A DNA stretch of 64,000 nt. Origin: an uncultured archaeon (GTDB taxonomy: Archaea; Thermoproteota; Nitrososphaeria; Nitrososphaerales; Gagatemarchaeaceae). The translations under genes and the position numbers were made by a program. The notes beneath the pieces were generated by a model that was given only the letters and a program-made list of their open reading frames with translations, was not told the origin of the DNA and made no database searches. The stretch is taken from the NCBI GenBank assembly GCA_963799775.1, contig CAWCYD010000003.1:1920001-1984000 (forward strand), given 5' to 3'. Of this stretch, positions 50,903 to 61,186 are shown in pieces (the stretch's first letter is position 1; each line of letters opens with the position of its first letter).

Positions 50903-52528
50903 CTACTTCGCGTATATCGCCGCGAAGTACTGGTAGTAGGGGTCCTGCGATGGGTTGACGGCCTGTGCGACGAAGCTGATCGTGAACGACGTCGAGCCGG
51001 TGGTCCACCTTTGGAAGGTATAGCCTGACAGGGGCCCGACCGTCACCGTGTAGCTCTGGCCGCTGATGAGCCAGAACGAGTACGGCTCGAGCGACTGCGC
51101 GATGGTGGTCCCGTTCAGGTTGGCAATCGTGATGAGAGAGCCGCAGGTGCAGTTTACGAAGATCGGCTGCCCGCTCGACGAGTCCGTCGCCTCGATGGTG
51201 ACATGGACCGCCTCGCTCGCGGGTATCACCTGGTAGAACGAGTTGACGACCATGTCGCTCTGGAGGTTGATGTACTGCCAGCGCGTGAATGTGGTCGGCG
51301 TCGTGTTGTTGTAGTATCTGTAGACGAAGAACTTGTTCTCGCATCCCGCCGTCTGGGCGCAGTGGTACATGACGAGCTCCTCGTTCCCGTTCGGGACCGA
51401 GACGGAGCCTGGGGTGTAGCCCGACGCGATGTTGTTCCAGACGCCGTTTATCCTGACTTGGAAGTAGGCGCCGACCACCAGCCCGCCGTCCATGGTGTGC
51501 GCGATGACCGTGATAGTGTGGTTGCCCGCCCCCGAGTGCGCGTAGGGGAACGCGAGCTGCTGGAAGTAGGCCGTCACAGTGGTGTTCCCGGTGAGCGTGA
51601 CTGTGAGGCTCGCGTTGGTCAGGCTGTGGTCGCCGTTCCAGTATTGGAATAGGACCGAGGCGGCCGAGTCTGCCGTCACCGTGTAGACGTCGCCGTACTT
51701 GGCGGTGAAGTTGGCGGGGATGACGTCGATGCTGTGGGCGCTCGCCTGCTGCAGCTGGTGGTCGATGATGTCGAGCTGGACGCCGACCAGGGACTTGCCG
51801 TTCAGCAGCTTCGCGGTGACTGCGAGCGTCTGTGCGCCGAGCGGCTTGTAGAAGGCGACGAGGCTGGTGTTCTGGTTAAGGAGCACTGTCACGCCAGCGG
51901 AGGTCACGCCCGAAGACCACTTGACGAAGGAGTAGCCCTTCAGAGTCGCTGCTGTTATCATGTAGACGACTCCGCCCGGGAGGTTGATAGAGGCGGGCAG
52001 GGGCTGGGGCGTGCCTGGCTGGTTCAGGCCTGTCACTAGAGCAGTGAGGCCTGCGAAGGTCGCGCCGTCAGGGAGCTCGCCTGCGATTGTGAGCGTGTAT
52101 GTCGCGGGAGGAGGAGGCGCCGTGGTGGTCGTCGTGGATGAGGTGGCTGTCTCTGTCTCCGTGGTGCTTGTCGTGCTGTTGGTCGTCGTCGTGCTGGTTG
52201 TCGTAGCGTTGCTCGTCGTCGTAGCGTTGTTCGTCGACGATGTCGAAGACGTCCCGGTCGTAGTTGCGCTGATGGTGATCGTCGGGCTGCTCGTAGTGGT
52301 TGTTGAGGGTGTCGTCTCGGTGCTGGTCGTCGAGGTGCTGCTCGCGGCCGGCGTTGTGGCAACCGCTACAGTAGTCGGCGAGAGGGATGTCGTCGAAGAC
52401 GTCGACGGCGTCAGCGTCGTCGAGACGGACGAGGTCTTTTGCTGGGGCCCCATCGCGACAAAGGATATAGTCGCGACTGCCAGAATTATCAAGATGACCG
52501 TGGCCGCACCTGCGGTAATGCCGTTCAT
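50903..52528 (-). CDS. Thr-rich surface glycoprotein with repeated beta domains
   Basis: TM anchor, poly-Thr linker, repeated Y.F..W motifs. Confidence 0.75.
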   Translation of the reverse strand: MNGITAGAATVILIILAVATISFVAMGPQQKTSSVSTTLTPSTSSTTSLSPTTVAVATTPAASSTSTTSTETTPSTTTTSSPTITISATTTGTSSTSSTNNATTTSNATTTSTTTTNSTTSTTETETATSSTTTTTAPPPPATYTLTIAGELPDGATFAGLTALVTGLNQPGTPQPLPASINLPGGVVYMITAATLKGYSFVKWSSGVTSAGVTVLLNQNTSLVAFYKPLGAQTLAVTAKLLNGKSLVGVQLDIIDHQLQQASAHSIDVIPANFTAKYGDVYTVTADSAASVLFQYWNGDHSLTNASLTVTLTGNTTVTAYFQQLAFPYAHSGAGNHTITVIAHTMDGGLVVGAYFQVRINGVWNNIASGYTPGSVSVPNGNEELVMYHCAQTAGCENKFFVYRYYNNTTPTTFTRWQYINLQSDMVVNSFYQVIPASEAVHVTIEATDSSSGQPIFVNCTCGSLITIANLNGTTIAQSLEPYSFWLISGQSYTVTVGPLSGYTFQRWTTGSTSFTISFVAQAVNPSQDPYYQYFAAIYAK

Positions 52529-52652
52529 GTACGAACCTATTCAGAGGACCAAGCCCCAATACCCTTACGCAAGCCTGCGCCAGAACTATGTTAGAGGCTG
52601 CTTCTCTGGCGCAGTCGCCTAAAATATCGCCCGTCTGCACCTTTCCCTCGCG

Positions 52653-53081
52653 ATGGCAGTGAGAGTGGTTCCCAAGAGCTTCGAGGTCGGAAGCGGCGGC
52701 GAGGAGGACATCGTGGACATCACAGGGAGAGTCCAAGGCGCTGTCCGTGAGTCGGGCCTAGGGGACGGCGTGGCTACCGTGTTCGTGACGGGGTCCACGG
52801 CCGCGATAACGACCATCGAGTTCGAGCCCGGGCTCGTCAAGGACTTTCCGGCGATGCTCGAAGGGGTGGCTCCAAAGCGTGGCGTCGACTACGAGCATCA
52901 GAAGAGGTGGCACGACGGAAACGGTCATTCGCACGTGAAAGCGTCACTCGTGGGGCCAAGTCTCTCAGTTCCGTTCCTGAAGGGTGACCTCGTGTTGGGC
53001 GAGTGGCAGCAAATCGTGCTCGTCGAGTTCGACACTAGACCACGCACGAGGAAGGTAGCGGTCCAGCTCGTCGGGCAATAG
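52653..53081 (+). CDS. yjbQ: YjbQ (UPF0047) family protein
   Basis: DITG, TAAITTIE, NGHSHVKASL, LGEWQQI. Confidence 0.93.
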   Translation: MAVRVVPKSFEVGSGGEEDIVDITGRVQGAVRESGLGDGVATVFVTGSTAAITTIEFEPGLVKDFPAMLEGVAPKRGVDYEHQKRWHDGNGHSHVKASLVGPSLSVPFLKGDLVLGEWQQIVLVEFDTRPRTRKVAVQLVGQ

Positions 53082-53167
53082 CCCGTTCTTGGCGCACGGA
53101 AAGGCACGAAATCTTGTCAGTTTTACACAAGTAATGCTATATTCATTTCAAGACAACCGGAGAGGAG

Positions 53168-54316
53168 TTGAGCCTGCCCCAGGCCTCCGCCCTCGACGAA
53201 TCGCCTCGAAGGAAGCTCAATCGCGAGCTGGTGCAGATGGCCAGGTCCATCGCCGAGGTGGGCCCCAACGTGAACCAAATCGCTCTGACCCAGAAAATCT
53301 TCAAGGAGACCGTGAGATACAGGTACCACCGCTTCTTTCTGAACAAGGGAATAAAGATTCAGGCGATGCCCAGTTACTCGAGGCTCGGGTTCAAGAGGCT
53401 CATTCTGATTGTGAAGCTGGCCTCCAGTTGCGAGAAGAACGCGAAATCCATCTTCAGCGCCCTGAGCGACCTCTGCTATCTCCACAGCTTCACGCGCGTT
53501 CTTCTCAGGGGAGAGTATCTCGTGCACGTAGCCGTCCCCCACGGCCTGGCAGAGCGTTGTGCTGGGGTGTACATGGGCCTGCAGAGGGCAGGGTTGTTCA
53601 CAGAACTGGAGATCCTCTCCTTCGACGAGATGAGGAACCCGCCCATGAAGCCGGCGTTCTACGACTTTGTACGCGGGACCTGGGCGTTCGACTGGACCGC
53701 CATAGACAAGGACGGAACGAAGCTCGCGCTAGGAGCGGCCCCGAAGGCCGAGAAGTACGACAGGACTGACCTCCTGATCCTGAAAGAGCTGGACAAGGAC
53801 GCGGGCAAGACGCTCGTCAGGATGGCCGACGACCTAGGAGTTAGCGTCAACGCCCTGGAGTTCCACTACCGCGACCACGTGAAGGCGCGCGGCCTGATCA
53901 AGGGCTACCGCCTTGTCTGGCAGGGCACGCGGGCCGACCTGGAGCACGAGAGGGCCGTCTCAAGGAAGGATTTCTACATCGAACTCACCATCCTACTCGA
54001 GGACGGGACGCGGGAAGAGCTCGCCGAGCTGATGCTGCTCCTCAACAGGACGCCCTTCCTCTGGAGCGAGGCCTACGGCTCCTCTTACTGCGCGGAGCTA
54101 TTCTTGCCCCACTACGCCTACATCGGTTTCATGGAGTACATCGACGCCTTCGCCAACAAGGTCGGGGAGAAGCTGAGGATCTTCGTCATGGACCAGAGCC
54201 GCGCGACGAGGTTCGTGATATCCTACTTCCTCTTCGACGGCGACTCGAAGACGTGGCGGCTCGACGAGAGGTCCGTCATGAGGGCGCTCGGGATGCTCGC
54301 GCCCCCCAATTCTTAA
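53168..54316 (+). CDS. archaeal protein with two HTH/Lrp-like modules
   Basis: N-terminal HTH-like region and DRTDLLILKELDKDA...LGVS. Confidence 0.65.
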   Translation: MSLPQASALDESPRRKLNRELVQMARSIAEVGPNVNQIALTQKIFKETVRYRYHRFFLNKGIKIQAMPSYSRLGFKRLILIVKLASSCEKNAKSIFSALSDLCYLHSFTRVLLRGEYLVHVAVPHGLAERCAGVYMGLQRAGLFTELEILSFDEMRNPPMKPAFYDFVRGTWAFDWTAIDKDGTKLALGAAPKAEKYDRTDLLILKELDKDAGKTLVRMADDLGVSVNALEFHYRDHVKARGLIKGYRLVWQGTRADLEHERAVSRKDFYIELTILLEDGTREELAELMLLLNRTPFLWSEAYGSSYCAELFLPHYAYIGFMEYIDAFANKVGEKLRIFVMDQSRATRFVISYFLFDGDSKTWRLDERSVMRALGMLAPPNS

Positions 54317-54346
54317 ATCACTAGGAAGGAGCCGAGGAGTAGAGAC

Positions 54347-54907
54347 ATGGACCAACCCCTCGCCGGGAAGAGAGTAGCGGTGCTCGCGGAGAACATGTAC
54401 GAGGACTTGGAGCTGTGGTACCCACTCATCAGGTTGAGGGAGGCTGGAGCGGATGTCACAGTCGTGGCGCCCAACGCGGGTGCGACCTACAAGAGCAAGC
54501 ACGGGTTGGAGGTCAAGGCAGACGTCTCCGCGGAGGACGCGAAGGCGAAGCAGTTCGACGCGGTTGTTATCCCGGGCGGGTTCGCTCCCGACTACATGAG
54601 GAGGTCGGAAGCTATGGTCAAGTTCGTGAGAGACGCGTACAACGAAGGGAAGGTGGTCGCAGCGATATGCCACGCAGGCTCGATGCTCGTCTCAGCGGGC
54701 GTGCTCAAAGGGAAGACGGTGACCTGCTACAAATCGATAAAGGACGACGTCGTGAACGCGGGCGGCAAGTACGTGGACAAGGCGGTGGTGAGAGACGGCG
54801 ACCTCATCACTTCGCGGGTGCCTGACGACCTCCCAGCCTTCTGCAGCGAGATAATATCGGCCCTCTCAAAGTCGCCCCGCGTCGCAGCCCAATCGCGGTC
54901 CCACTAG
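54347..54907 (+). CDS. pfpI: PfpI/DJ-1 family protein
   Basis: YEDLE, IPGG, AICHA, ITSRVPDDL. Confidence 0.93.
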   Translation: MDQPLAGKRVAVLAENMYEDLELWYPLIRLREAGADVTVVAPNAGATYKSKHGLEVKADVSAEDAKAKQFDAVVIPGGFAPDYMRRSEAMVKFVRDAYNEGKVVAAICHAGSMLVSAGVLKGKTVTCYKSIKDDVVNAGGKYVDKAVVRDGDLITSRVPDDLPAFCSEIISALSKSPRVAAQSRSH

Positions 54908-55026
54908 CCACCCGAAACCTGCAAGAATTCACCTCTGCCCGATTCCAGAAAGCCCCCTCGCGGAACCTGCCCGAACGTCCCAATCGGTGAATTATCACCG
55001 CGGAGGCCTCGTTCCAGGCGAAATCG

Positions 55027-55467
55027 TTGGGAATCAAGATAATGATGCCTCCGGACGCGGTCGACAGCGCAGCGGGGGCGTTGATCGCCAAGCAGGTGCT
55101 CCGCGAGATAGCCCGAAGCCGCGTGAAGACCGCTCTCGACGAGCATTACTTCGCCGTGATGCTGCACAAGGGCGTCTCGCGCAATCTGAAACACCTTACT
55201 TTCGTGGATATCTCCAAGCTCCTGGGTCGCCCCACCGCCAGCGTCCACCGCATGATCGCGGATCACATGGTCAACGGAAGCGCGAGGGGCGGATGCAAGC
55301 TCTGCAACGGCGCCTCCAAGGAGCTGAGGGCCCTTGTCGTAGACGACGAAATCAGGATGAGGAACGACGACCCGTTCTCCCTTTTCATAATGCTCTCCTC
55401 GTTCGAGTCGACGAAGCGCCGCAGAGCCAGAGGGCCGACGCGGCTCGTCGATATCCTCCGGACGTAA
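55027..55467 (+). CDS. hypothetical protein
   Basis: 146-aa ORF with a CKLC motif. Confidence 0.5.
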   Translation: MGIKIMMPPDAVDSAAGALIAKQVLREIARSRVKTALDEHYFAVMLHKGVSRNLKHLTFVDISKLLGRPTASVHRMIADHMVNGSARGGCKLCNGASKELRALVVDDEIRMRNDDPFSLFIMLSSFESTKRRRARGPTRLVDILRT

Positions 55468-55509
55468 GAGCCTACTCGCGCCGGGCTAGTTCGAGAACGG
55501 GAGCGAGGG

Positions 55510-55959
55510 CTAGCTCGCCTGCAGCGCCGCTAGGGGCTGGTCGGCGTCCTTCCCCATCGACTCCAGGATCTCGTCCTTCACGCTCTTCTTGCTCATGTGC
55601 TTCGCAAAGTCCGCCAACGTGATTATCCCCAGAAGGCGGTTCTCCTTCACCACCGGGAGGTGCCTGATCTTTTTCTCAAGCATCAGGGCCGCGGCCTCTC
55701 TTGCGGGCCTGTCAGGATGGATCGTGATGAGCGGCGAGGAGACGATGTCCCCGACGTGGACGTGGAGCGGATCCTTCCCTTCAGCCGTCACCTTCCGGAT
55801 GATGTCCCTCTCGGTCACTATCCCAGTCGCCCTTCCCAAATCGAAGACTATGAGGCTGTCCCTGTCAGCGCCCCTCATCAACCGTGCCGCGTCGCTCACG
55901 GGGGTGTTGAGCGTGGTCAATGGCACGTCTAAAGTCATCAAATCTCTTACCCGTGGCAT
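55510..55959 (-). CDS. CBS-pair protein
   Basis: VRDLM, GIVTERD, IRHLPV, GIITLAD. Confidence 0.92.
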   Translation of the reverse strand: MPRVRDLMTLDVPLTTLNTPVSDAARLMRGADRDSLIVFDLGRATGIVTERDIIRKVTAEGKDPLHVHVGDIVSSPLITIHPDRPAREAAALMLEKKIRHLPVVKENRLLGIITLADFAKHMSKKSVKDEILESMGKDADQPLAALQAS

Positions 55960-56102
55960 GGATTCTGGAGTGTCTCCGAGGCTAATGAACCGCTTCGAAG
56001 AGGGCTCTATACTTGAATGTGGAATATAGAATCTCAATAGGGATTCTGGCTAAATGGCCCTATGACAAGGGTTAAGTTCGCGCCCTGGCGTGAACGCAAT
56101 CC

Positions 56103-56636
56103 TTGCTCGGACTGGGAGCTGCAGCCCCGGATTTCCACGACCTGCAGGCGGCAGACGGCAAGCGTTACTCTCTGCACTCCTTCGACGCCAAGCCGATCCT
56201 GGTGGTCATCTTCACTTGCAATCACTGTCCATATTCCCAGGCGTACGAAGACCGTATGGTCGCCATCCAGAAGGACTACGCGCAGAAAGGGGTCCAGCTC
56301 GTCGCGATAAACTCCAACGACGACAAGACCTACCCCGAGGACGGCTATCCGGAGATGGTGAAGAGGGCGAAGGAGAAAAGCTTCAACTTCCCCTACCTCC
56401 GCGACCCCGACCAGAAGGTGGCCACCGCGTACGGGGCCGTGTGCACCCCGCACGTCTTCGCGTTCGACAAGGAGAGGAAGCTGCGCTACCGGGGAAGGAT
56501 CGACGACTCCAGGGCACCCTCTGCGGTCAAGAGCCCGGACCTCAGGAACGCCCTGGACGACCTCGCCGCGGGCAAGACCCCGAGGGTCGCCGACACGCGG
56601 CCGTTCGGCTGCTCCATCAAGTGGATGGAGCTCTAG
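56103..56636 (+). CDS. thioredoxin-family (AhpC/TSA-like) protein
   Basis: CNHCPY, INSND, YRGRIDD, GCSIKW. Confidence 0.92.
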   Translation: MLGLGAAAPDFHDLQAADGKRYSLHSFDAKPILVVIFTCNHCPYSQAYEDRMVAIQKDYAQKGVQLVAINSNDDKTYPEDGYPEMVKRAKEKSFNFPYLRDPDQKVATAYGAVCTPHVFAFDKERKLRYRGRIDDSRAPSAVKSPDLRNALDDLAAGKTPRVADTRPFGCSIKWMEL

Positions 56637-56747
56637 CGAATGATTCTCTATAGTGCGCCCTCTCGCCAATAGCTCAACGTCACGTCTCTATCATCACCGT
56701 TGCGACGTCGATTAGGCGTAAATGCAAAATCTGCCCGATACCTGACA

Positions 56748-57089
56748 ATGCACTATCTAGTCACCGGCGAAATGATCGAAGAGGCGCTCGCGGGCAAGAC
56801 CCGAGAGGAGTCTGCAATGTATGTCCAGCACGTGGTCAAGCCCAGCCTCGAGGCGCTCGAGAAGCTCGTCGAGGAGGACAAGGTCGTCGGCGGGATGGTC
56901 GCAGGTGCGAGGGATTGTGCTTTCATAATCGACGCCGAGTCCAACTCGGAGGTCGGCAAACTTCTAGGGAACCTTCCGTTCTGGGCGGACAATAGGTGGT
57001 CGGTCACACCGCTGCAGTCATTCCAGTCCAAGCTCGACCAGGTCAGCGAGTCAGCCCAGACCATGCGGACCGTAGTCGTAGAAAACTAA
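56748..57089 (+). CDS. small dimeric alpha/beta-barrel-like protein
   Basis: AFIIDAES..EV..LL..LPFW...VTPL. Confidence 0.55.
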   Translation: MHYLVTGEMIEEALAGKTREESAMYVQHVVKPSLEALEKLVEEDKVVGGMVAGARDCAFIIDAESNSEVGKLLGNLPFWADNRWSVTPLQSFQSKLDQVSESAQTMRTVVVEN

Positions 57090-57215
57090 CGCTCGGGAGA
57101 ACTCACCCATCTCCCGGGGCGGAGCGCAACATTCGCCCCGGGTCTTGCTTCAACCCCCGGAGAAGGCCCAACACCTAAAGAGGCAACAGGGACGAGCCGA
57201 ATCCGGGCCGCCGAA

Positions 57216-58394
57216 TTGGTCGAAGACAGACAGAATCGCGTCGTCGTGACGGTGCTCGCGAACAGGCTCTTCTACTCGATCAACTGGTTCTCCATCCCGC
57301 CAATCTTCTACCTCATCGCGCTGGACCTCCACTCTCAAGTTTCGGGCCTGGGGCTCATCTCGTCGGCCTTCCTCGTCGGGATAGGCCTCTTCCAGGTCCC
57401 AGGAGCGCTGCTCTCGGCGAAGTACGGCCCTAGGAGGATCTGCATCACTGGGATGCTCATCCTCTCCCTCTCAGCGGTCATTTGCGGGGCGGTCTCGAGC
57501 ATCGGCCTCATCGCCGTCCTGAGGTTCTTCAGCGGGATGGGGATGGCTCTCTTCTTCGCGCCAAGCATCGCCCTGATGACGAGCCACTCCCGGCCCGGAA
57601 GGGCCGGCTTCGTCCTCGGTCTCAACAACGCGACTGCCTCGCTCGGCGGCGGCATCGGGCTGGGCGTCTGGGCCCTCGTCGGAGTCGCCATGGGATGGAG
57701 GCTCAGCCTCGTGCTCATAGGAGGGCTCGGCCTTGTCTCGACCGTCTTCCTCTACCTCTTCGTCCCCCGCGCCGAGCCCGCGCGGGACTTTGCGATGAGG
57801 CTCCCCGACCTCAGGAGGATCTTCCTCGACAGGTGGCTGCTCTTGGTCGGGGCCGTCCTTCTCGCCTACAACATAGGCAACACGCTCGATGCCACCTTCG
57901 TCGAGGTCTACCTCCACGACAGCCTGGGCCTCTCCGCCGGTCTCTCAGGCGCGGTGGGCAGCCTCGTGGTCCTCTGTGGCCTCTTCACCGCCCCGCTCGC
58001 AGGCCACTTCCACAACAGGGTCAAGCGAGTCAAGCCCGTCCTGGCGCTCTCGGGCGCTGCCATCGCCGTCGGCGTCGCGCTCGCCTACCTTGCGACCCCC
58101 CTCTCCGTGGCAGCTTCCGCCATCATCGTGGGCCTCGCGAGCGGCGTGGGGTACACGTTCGCCTTCGGGACTGCGTGGAACTCGTATCCGCAGAGGACTC
58201 AGAGGGCGGTCGGCCTGAGCTGGGTCAACTCCATCCAGCTCCTCTTCAGCTTCTGGGCGCCCTACGTCTTCTCCTTCGTGGTGGTGGGATACGGCTACCC
58301 GCTGGCTTGGCTGACAGGCGGGCTGTACACGGCGGTCTTCATCATCCCGCTCTTGGTCTGGCGCGTGCAGCCCGTGGTGCATGCAGAGGCCTAG
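57216..58394 (+). CDS. MFS transporter
   Basis: About 12 TM helices; SAKYGPRR, LRFFSG. Confidence 0.9.
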   Translation: MVEDRQNRVVVTVLANRLFYSINWFSIPPIFYLIALDLHSQVSGLGLISSAFLVGIGLFQVPGALLSAKYGPRRICITGMLILSLSAVICGAVSSIGLIAVLRFFSGMGMALFFAPSIALMTSHSRPGRAGFVLGLNNATASLGGGIGLGVWALVGVAMGWRLSLVLIGGLGLVSTVFLYLFVPRAEPARDFAMRLPDLRRIFLDRWLLLVGAVLLAYNIGNTLDATFVEVYLHDSLGLSAGLSGAVGSLVVLCGLFTAPLAGHFHNRVKRVKPVLALSGAAIAVGVALAYLATPLSVAASAIIVGLASGVGYTFAFGTAWNSYPQRTQRAVGLSWVNSIQLLFSFWAPYVFSFVVVGYGYPLAWLTGGLYTAVFIIPLLVWRVQPVVHAEA

Positions 58395-58963
58395 CCGCGG
58401 GCTTCTTCGCCTCCACCATATACCACACTCCGAAATCGCGGGACCTGCCCGCGAGGCCGAACTTCCTTATCCCTCCTGTGACGAGCGCCGGCTTGAAGAA
58501 GTCCCCCTCATCGTTCCGCGTCTGGAACTCGAGCTCGTGCGAGGCCTTCGGCGCGTAGTCGACTATGAGGAGGGCCCCTCCAGGCTTCAAGACCCGCGTC
58601 ATCTCTTTGAGGGCAGGCTGAAGCTTCTCGATGTGGTGGAGCACCATGACCGAGACCACGATGTCGAAGAACCCGGACTCGAATCCCAGGCTCCTCGGCG
58701 CTGGCCTCGGCGAACTTGACGAGGCGCGCGAGTTCCTTGTCCAGGTTCTTCTTCACCCCGCCCAGGACGTCCTTGGAGGGGTCGACGGTCCAGATCTCGC
58801 TCCCCTTGGCTAGCCGGCGCGCGAGGAACTCCACGTTCAACCCGAACCCCGTCCCGATGTCGAGGACCGTCAGCTCCTTGTTGGCAGGGACGCGCTTCTC
58901 GAGCTCCTTCCTGATTTCGGCCCCATACCCATGGAGATCCGTGTTTGGGGATGTCGATTCCAT
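58342..58963 (-). CDS. class I SAM methyltransferase, frameshifted near 58695
   Basis: LDIGTGFG / VLHH...RVLKPGG. Confidence 0.85.
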
Positions 58964-59038
58964 CTTCCCGCCCTTGTAAAACAAGGTTCCCTCAGAGAAG
59001 GACGGGCCGACTAGAAACCTTTTCTTTGCTTGGGGAGT

Positions 59039-59215
59039 TCAGCCTGCTTCGGAGAAGACCTTCAGATACGGAGCAAGCGTCAGTTGCTCCTCGTTCGTCC
59101 ACTGGTGCCCGCAAGGGCAGGAGTGCTTCTCGCCGTGGATGTCGTCGCTCTCATTGACGCAGTGGTGGACGTGCCACAACTGGCCGACGAGCGCCTTGCC
59201 GCAGGGCTGAGACAA
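59039..59215 (-). CDS. 58-aa Cys/His-rich micro-protein (not in the ORF track)
   Basis: MSQPCG...HVHHC...H...HSCPCGHQW; TTATTA about 25 bp upstream. Confidence 0.55.
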   Translation of the reverse strand: MSQPCGKALVGQLWHVHHCVNESDDIHGEKHSCPCGHQWTNEEQLTLAPYLKVFSEAG

Positions 59216-59381
59216 ACGCCTATTTCTCGCTCTCGAGGTAATAAGCGGTTGTGCACCCCGAATATCGACCCGAAATCCATGAGGAGAAGGAGCGCAACGA
59301 CAGGGCCGTCCAAGTTATTGACACTTTGAGAAACCGATTTTCACTCCGCCGATAATGTGCGGATGCGGGCTCCTGGACACC

Positions 59382-60021
59382 ATGCAATCGAGCGAAGCTG
59401 TCGGGTTCCTGGGCAAACCAGTGGATGGACCTCTACGGGAGGCAGATGGGTGTGGTGGCGGGTTTCACGTTGAAGATAAACGGCGACGTCGAGTCCGTCG
59501 GGCTCGACCAGGGGAGCGGCTCGCTGACCGAGGTGAAGGGGAGCAGGCTGCTCTGCCACGAGCAGACCCTGATCGTCGTCCCGATGTGGAAGGCCGAGGT
59601 CACGCGCGTCACCGGAGAGTCGGAGGTCTTGCGCAAGAGGGTCTCGGCCCTCCTGGAGCTCGAGAGAGACTCGAAGGAGAAGGGGACGGCAACGGCCGAG
59701 CTCGAGCAGATGCGCAGCCAGTACGAGGCGAGGGCAGCCAAACTGGAAGAGTCCAGCCTGAAATCGCTAGAGGAGATGAGGTCGAGGGTCAAGGAGATCG
59801 AGGAGCAGGACCAGACCATCTCCAAGTTCCTGCTCAACGTCAGCGTCCAGTTCAGGTCAGGCGAGATAAGCGACTCCTCTTTCGCGGTCATCAACGACCG
59901 CTTCTCCGCAATGAGGAGCCGCAACACCAAGGAGAGGGAGGAGCTGCAGACGGCCCTCGCGATGCTCTCCAAGAAAGAGAGCGCCCAAGTCGTGGAGATG
60001 CCGGTCCCGACCTCGAGCTGA
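59382..60021 (+). CDS. cdvA: CdvA-like protein, frameshifted near 59424
   Basis: FLGKPV/MDLYGRQMG PRC-barrel-like start, VPMW, then a long coiled coil with SGEI. Confidence 0.8.
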
Positions 60022-60056
60022 CGCGTCCTTCCGAGGCGTAACGAGGCCTATTCCGC

Positions 60057-61118
60057 TCACTTGGTCTTCAAGCCCAGGGCCTTCACGAACTTCCGGAACG
60101 CCGGCTCGCCCATCAAGAACCTCACGAACATCAGGTGCTCCATTATCTCCGCGTCCGGCGCGTCTAGCCTCCTGGCTTCGGCGACCATCGCCTTGTAGGC
60201 CGCGAGCATCCCCGGGCTGTTGCCGAACTGCGACCTCTCCGTCGGCCCCTCCTTCCCGAAGCTCTCTAGGAGGGCCATGCAGAGCATCAGGTCGAGGTAG
60301 ACCGCCCTGTCGGTCGCCCCCTTCATCCAGCCCAAGTTGACCACGATGTGCCCGTCGTCGTCGCTCGGGAAGATCGAGCCGAACGGCGCCTCTATGAACT
60401 CGACTTTTAGCTTCTTGAGGGCCCCAGCGGTTCCCTTCCTGTAGATCTTCTGGACCGCGGGCATCTTCTCGAACCCCTGGAAGTACTCGGTGAACGGATG
60501 AAGCGACAGCGCGGGCTGCCTGTTGAACCTTACCGGGAGGCTCTTCGTCGTCCTTGCGAAGGCCTTCTTCGAGCCCTCCTTCTCCAGCTTGAGGTCCTTT
60601 ACGAACTGCTTCCAGACCTTGGTAGGCGGCCCCATCTTCAAGTACTCAACAAGCTGGGCTTTTGGCATCTCGAGCCTCTCCGCCTCCTCGACCGCGTGTT
60701 TGTAGGCCGGGACCTCGATGGGCGAGACCCAGTAGAGCTCGAAGTTCCCCATGAACTTCTCGTGCTCCTTGGTGAACCACTCCTTGTCCTTCATCCACTG
60801 GCCGATGTGGAAGAGCTCGTGGACGATGTCTAGGTAGAGCACGTGGTCGTCGCTGTTCCTGAGGTGGTATGTCCCGACCGCAAGGTTCCCGTCGTGGTCC
60901 CTGATGCCCATGTACATCCACCTGTTCGAGAGGAACCCTATCCTGAGCCGCGAGAGGACCTCCTCGGTCTTGTCGCCGAAGACCTCCCTCACTGCGCCGA
61001 CCTTCTCGAAGCCCTCGAAGTAGTCGGTGAAGGGCTGGAGGGACGGTTGAGGCGCCTTCCTGTTCACCTTGACGGGGAGGTCCACGCTGCGCCGGGACTC
61101 GAGCGCCGCTTTGGTCAC
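60057..61118 (-). CDS. internally duplicated zincin-like protein
   Basis: Two PFT(D/E)YF.GFEK repeats; HELFH only in the first. Confidence 0.7.
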   Translation of the reverse strand: MTKAALESRRSVDLPVKVNRKAPQPSLQPFTDYFEGFEKVGAVREVFGDKTEEVLSRLRIGFLSNRWMYMGIRDHDGNLAVGTYHLRNSDDHVLYLDIVHELFHIGQWMKDKEWFTKEHEKFMGNFELYWVSPIEVPAYKHAVEEAERLEMPKAQLVEYLKMGPPTKVWKQFVKDLKLEKEGSKKAFARTTKSLPVRFNRQPALSLHPFTEYFQGFEKMPAVQKIYRKGTAGALKKLKVEFIEAPFGSIFPSDDDGHIVVNLGWMKGATDRAVYLDLMLCMALLESFGKEGPTERSQFGNSPGMLAAYKAMVAEARRLDAPDAEIMEHLMFVRFLMGEPAFRKFVKALGLKTK

Positions 61119-61186
61119 GCGAGGCCCGCACGAGCCGTCCCCAATAAAGTTGAGCGGCCGCCGGGTCTCGTGGCAGAATCCTTTTC

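Noticed and set aside
52110-52430. CRISPR or tandem-repeat array in GTCGT-rich DNA (also 14270-14320 and 14660-14850)
   Set aside because: Explained by Thr/Ser codons in surface-protein linkers; no repeat-spacer periodicity.
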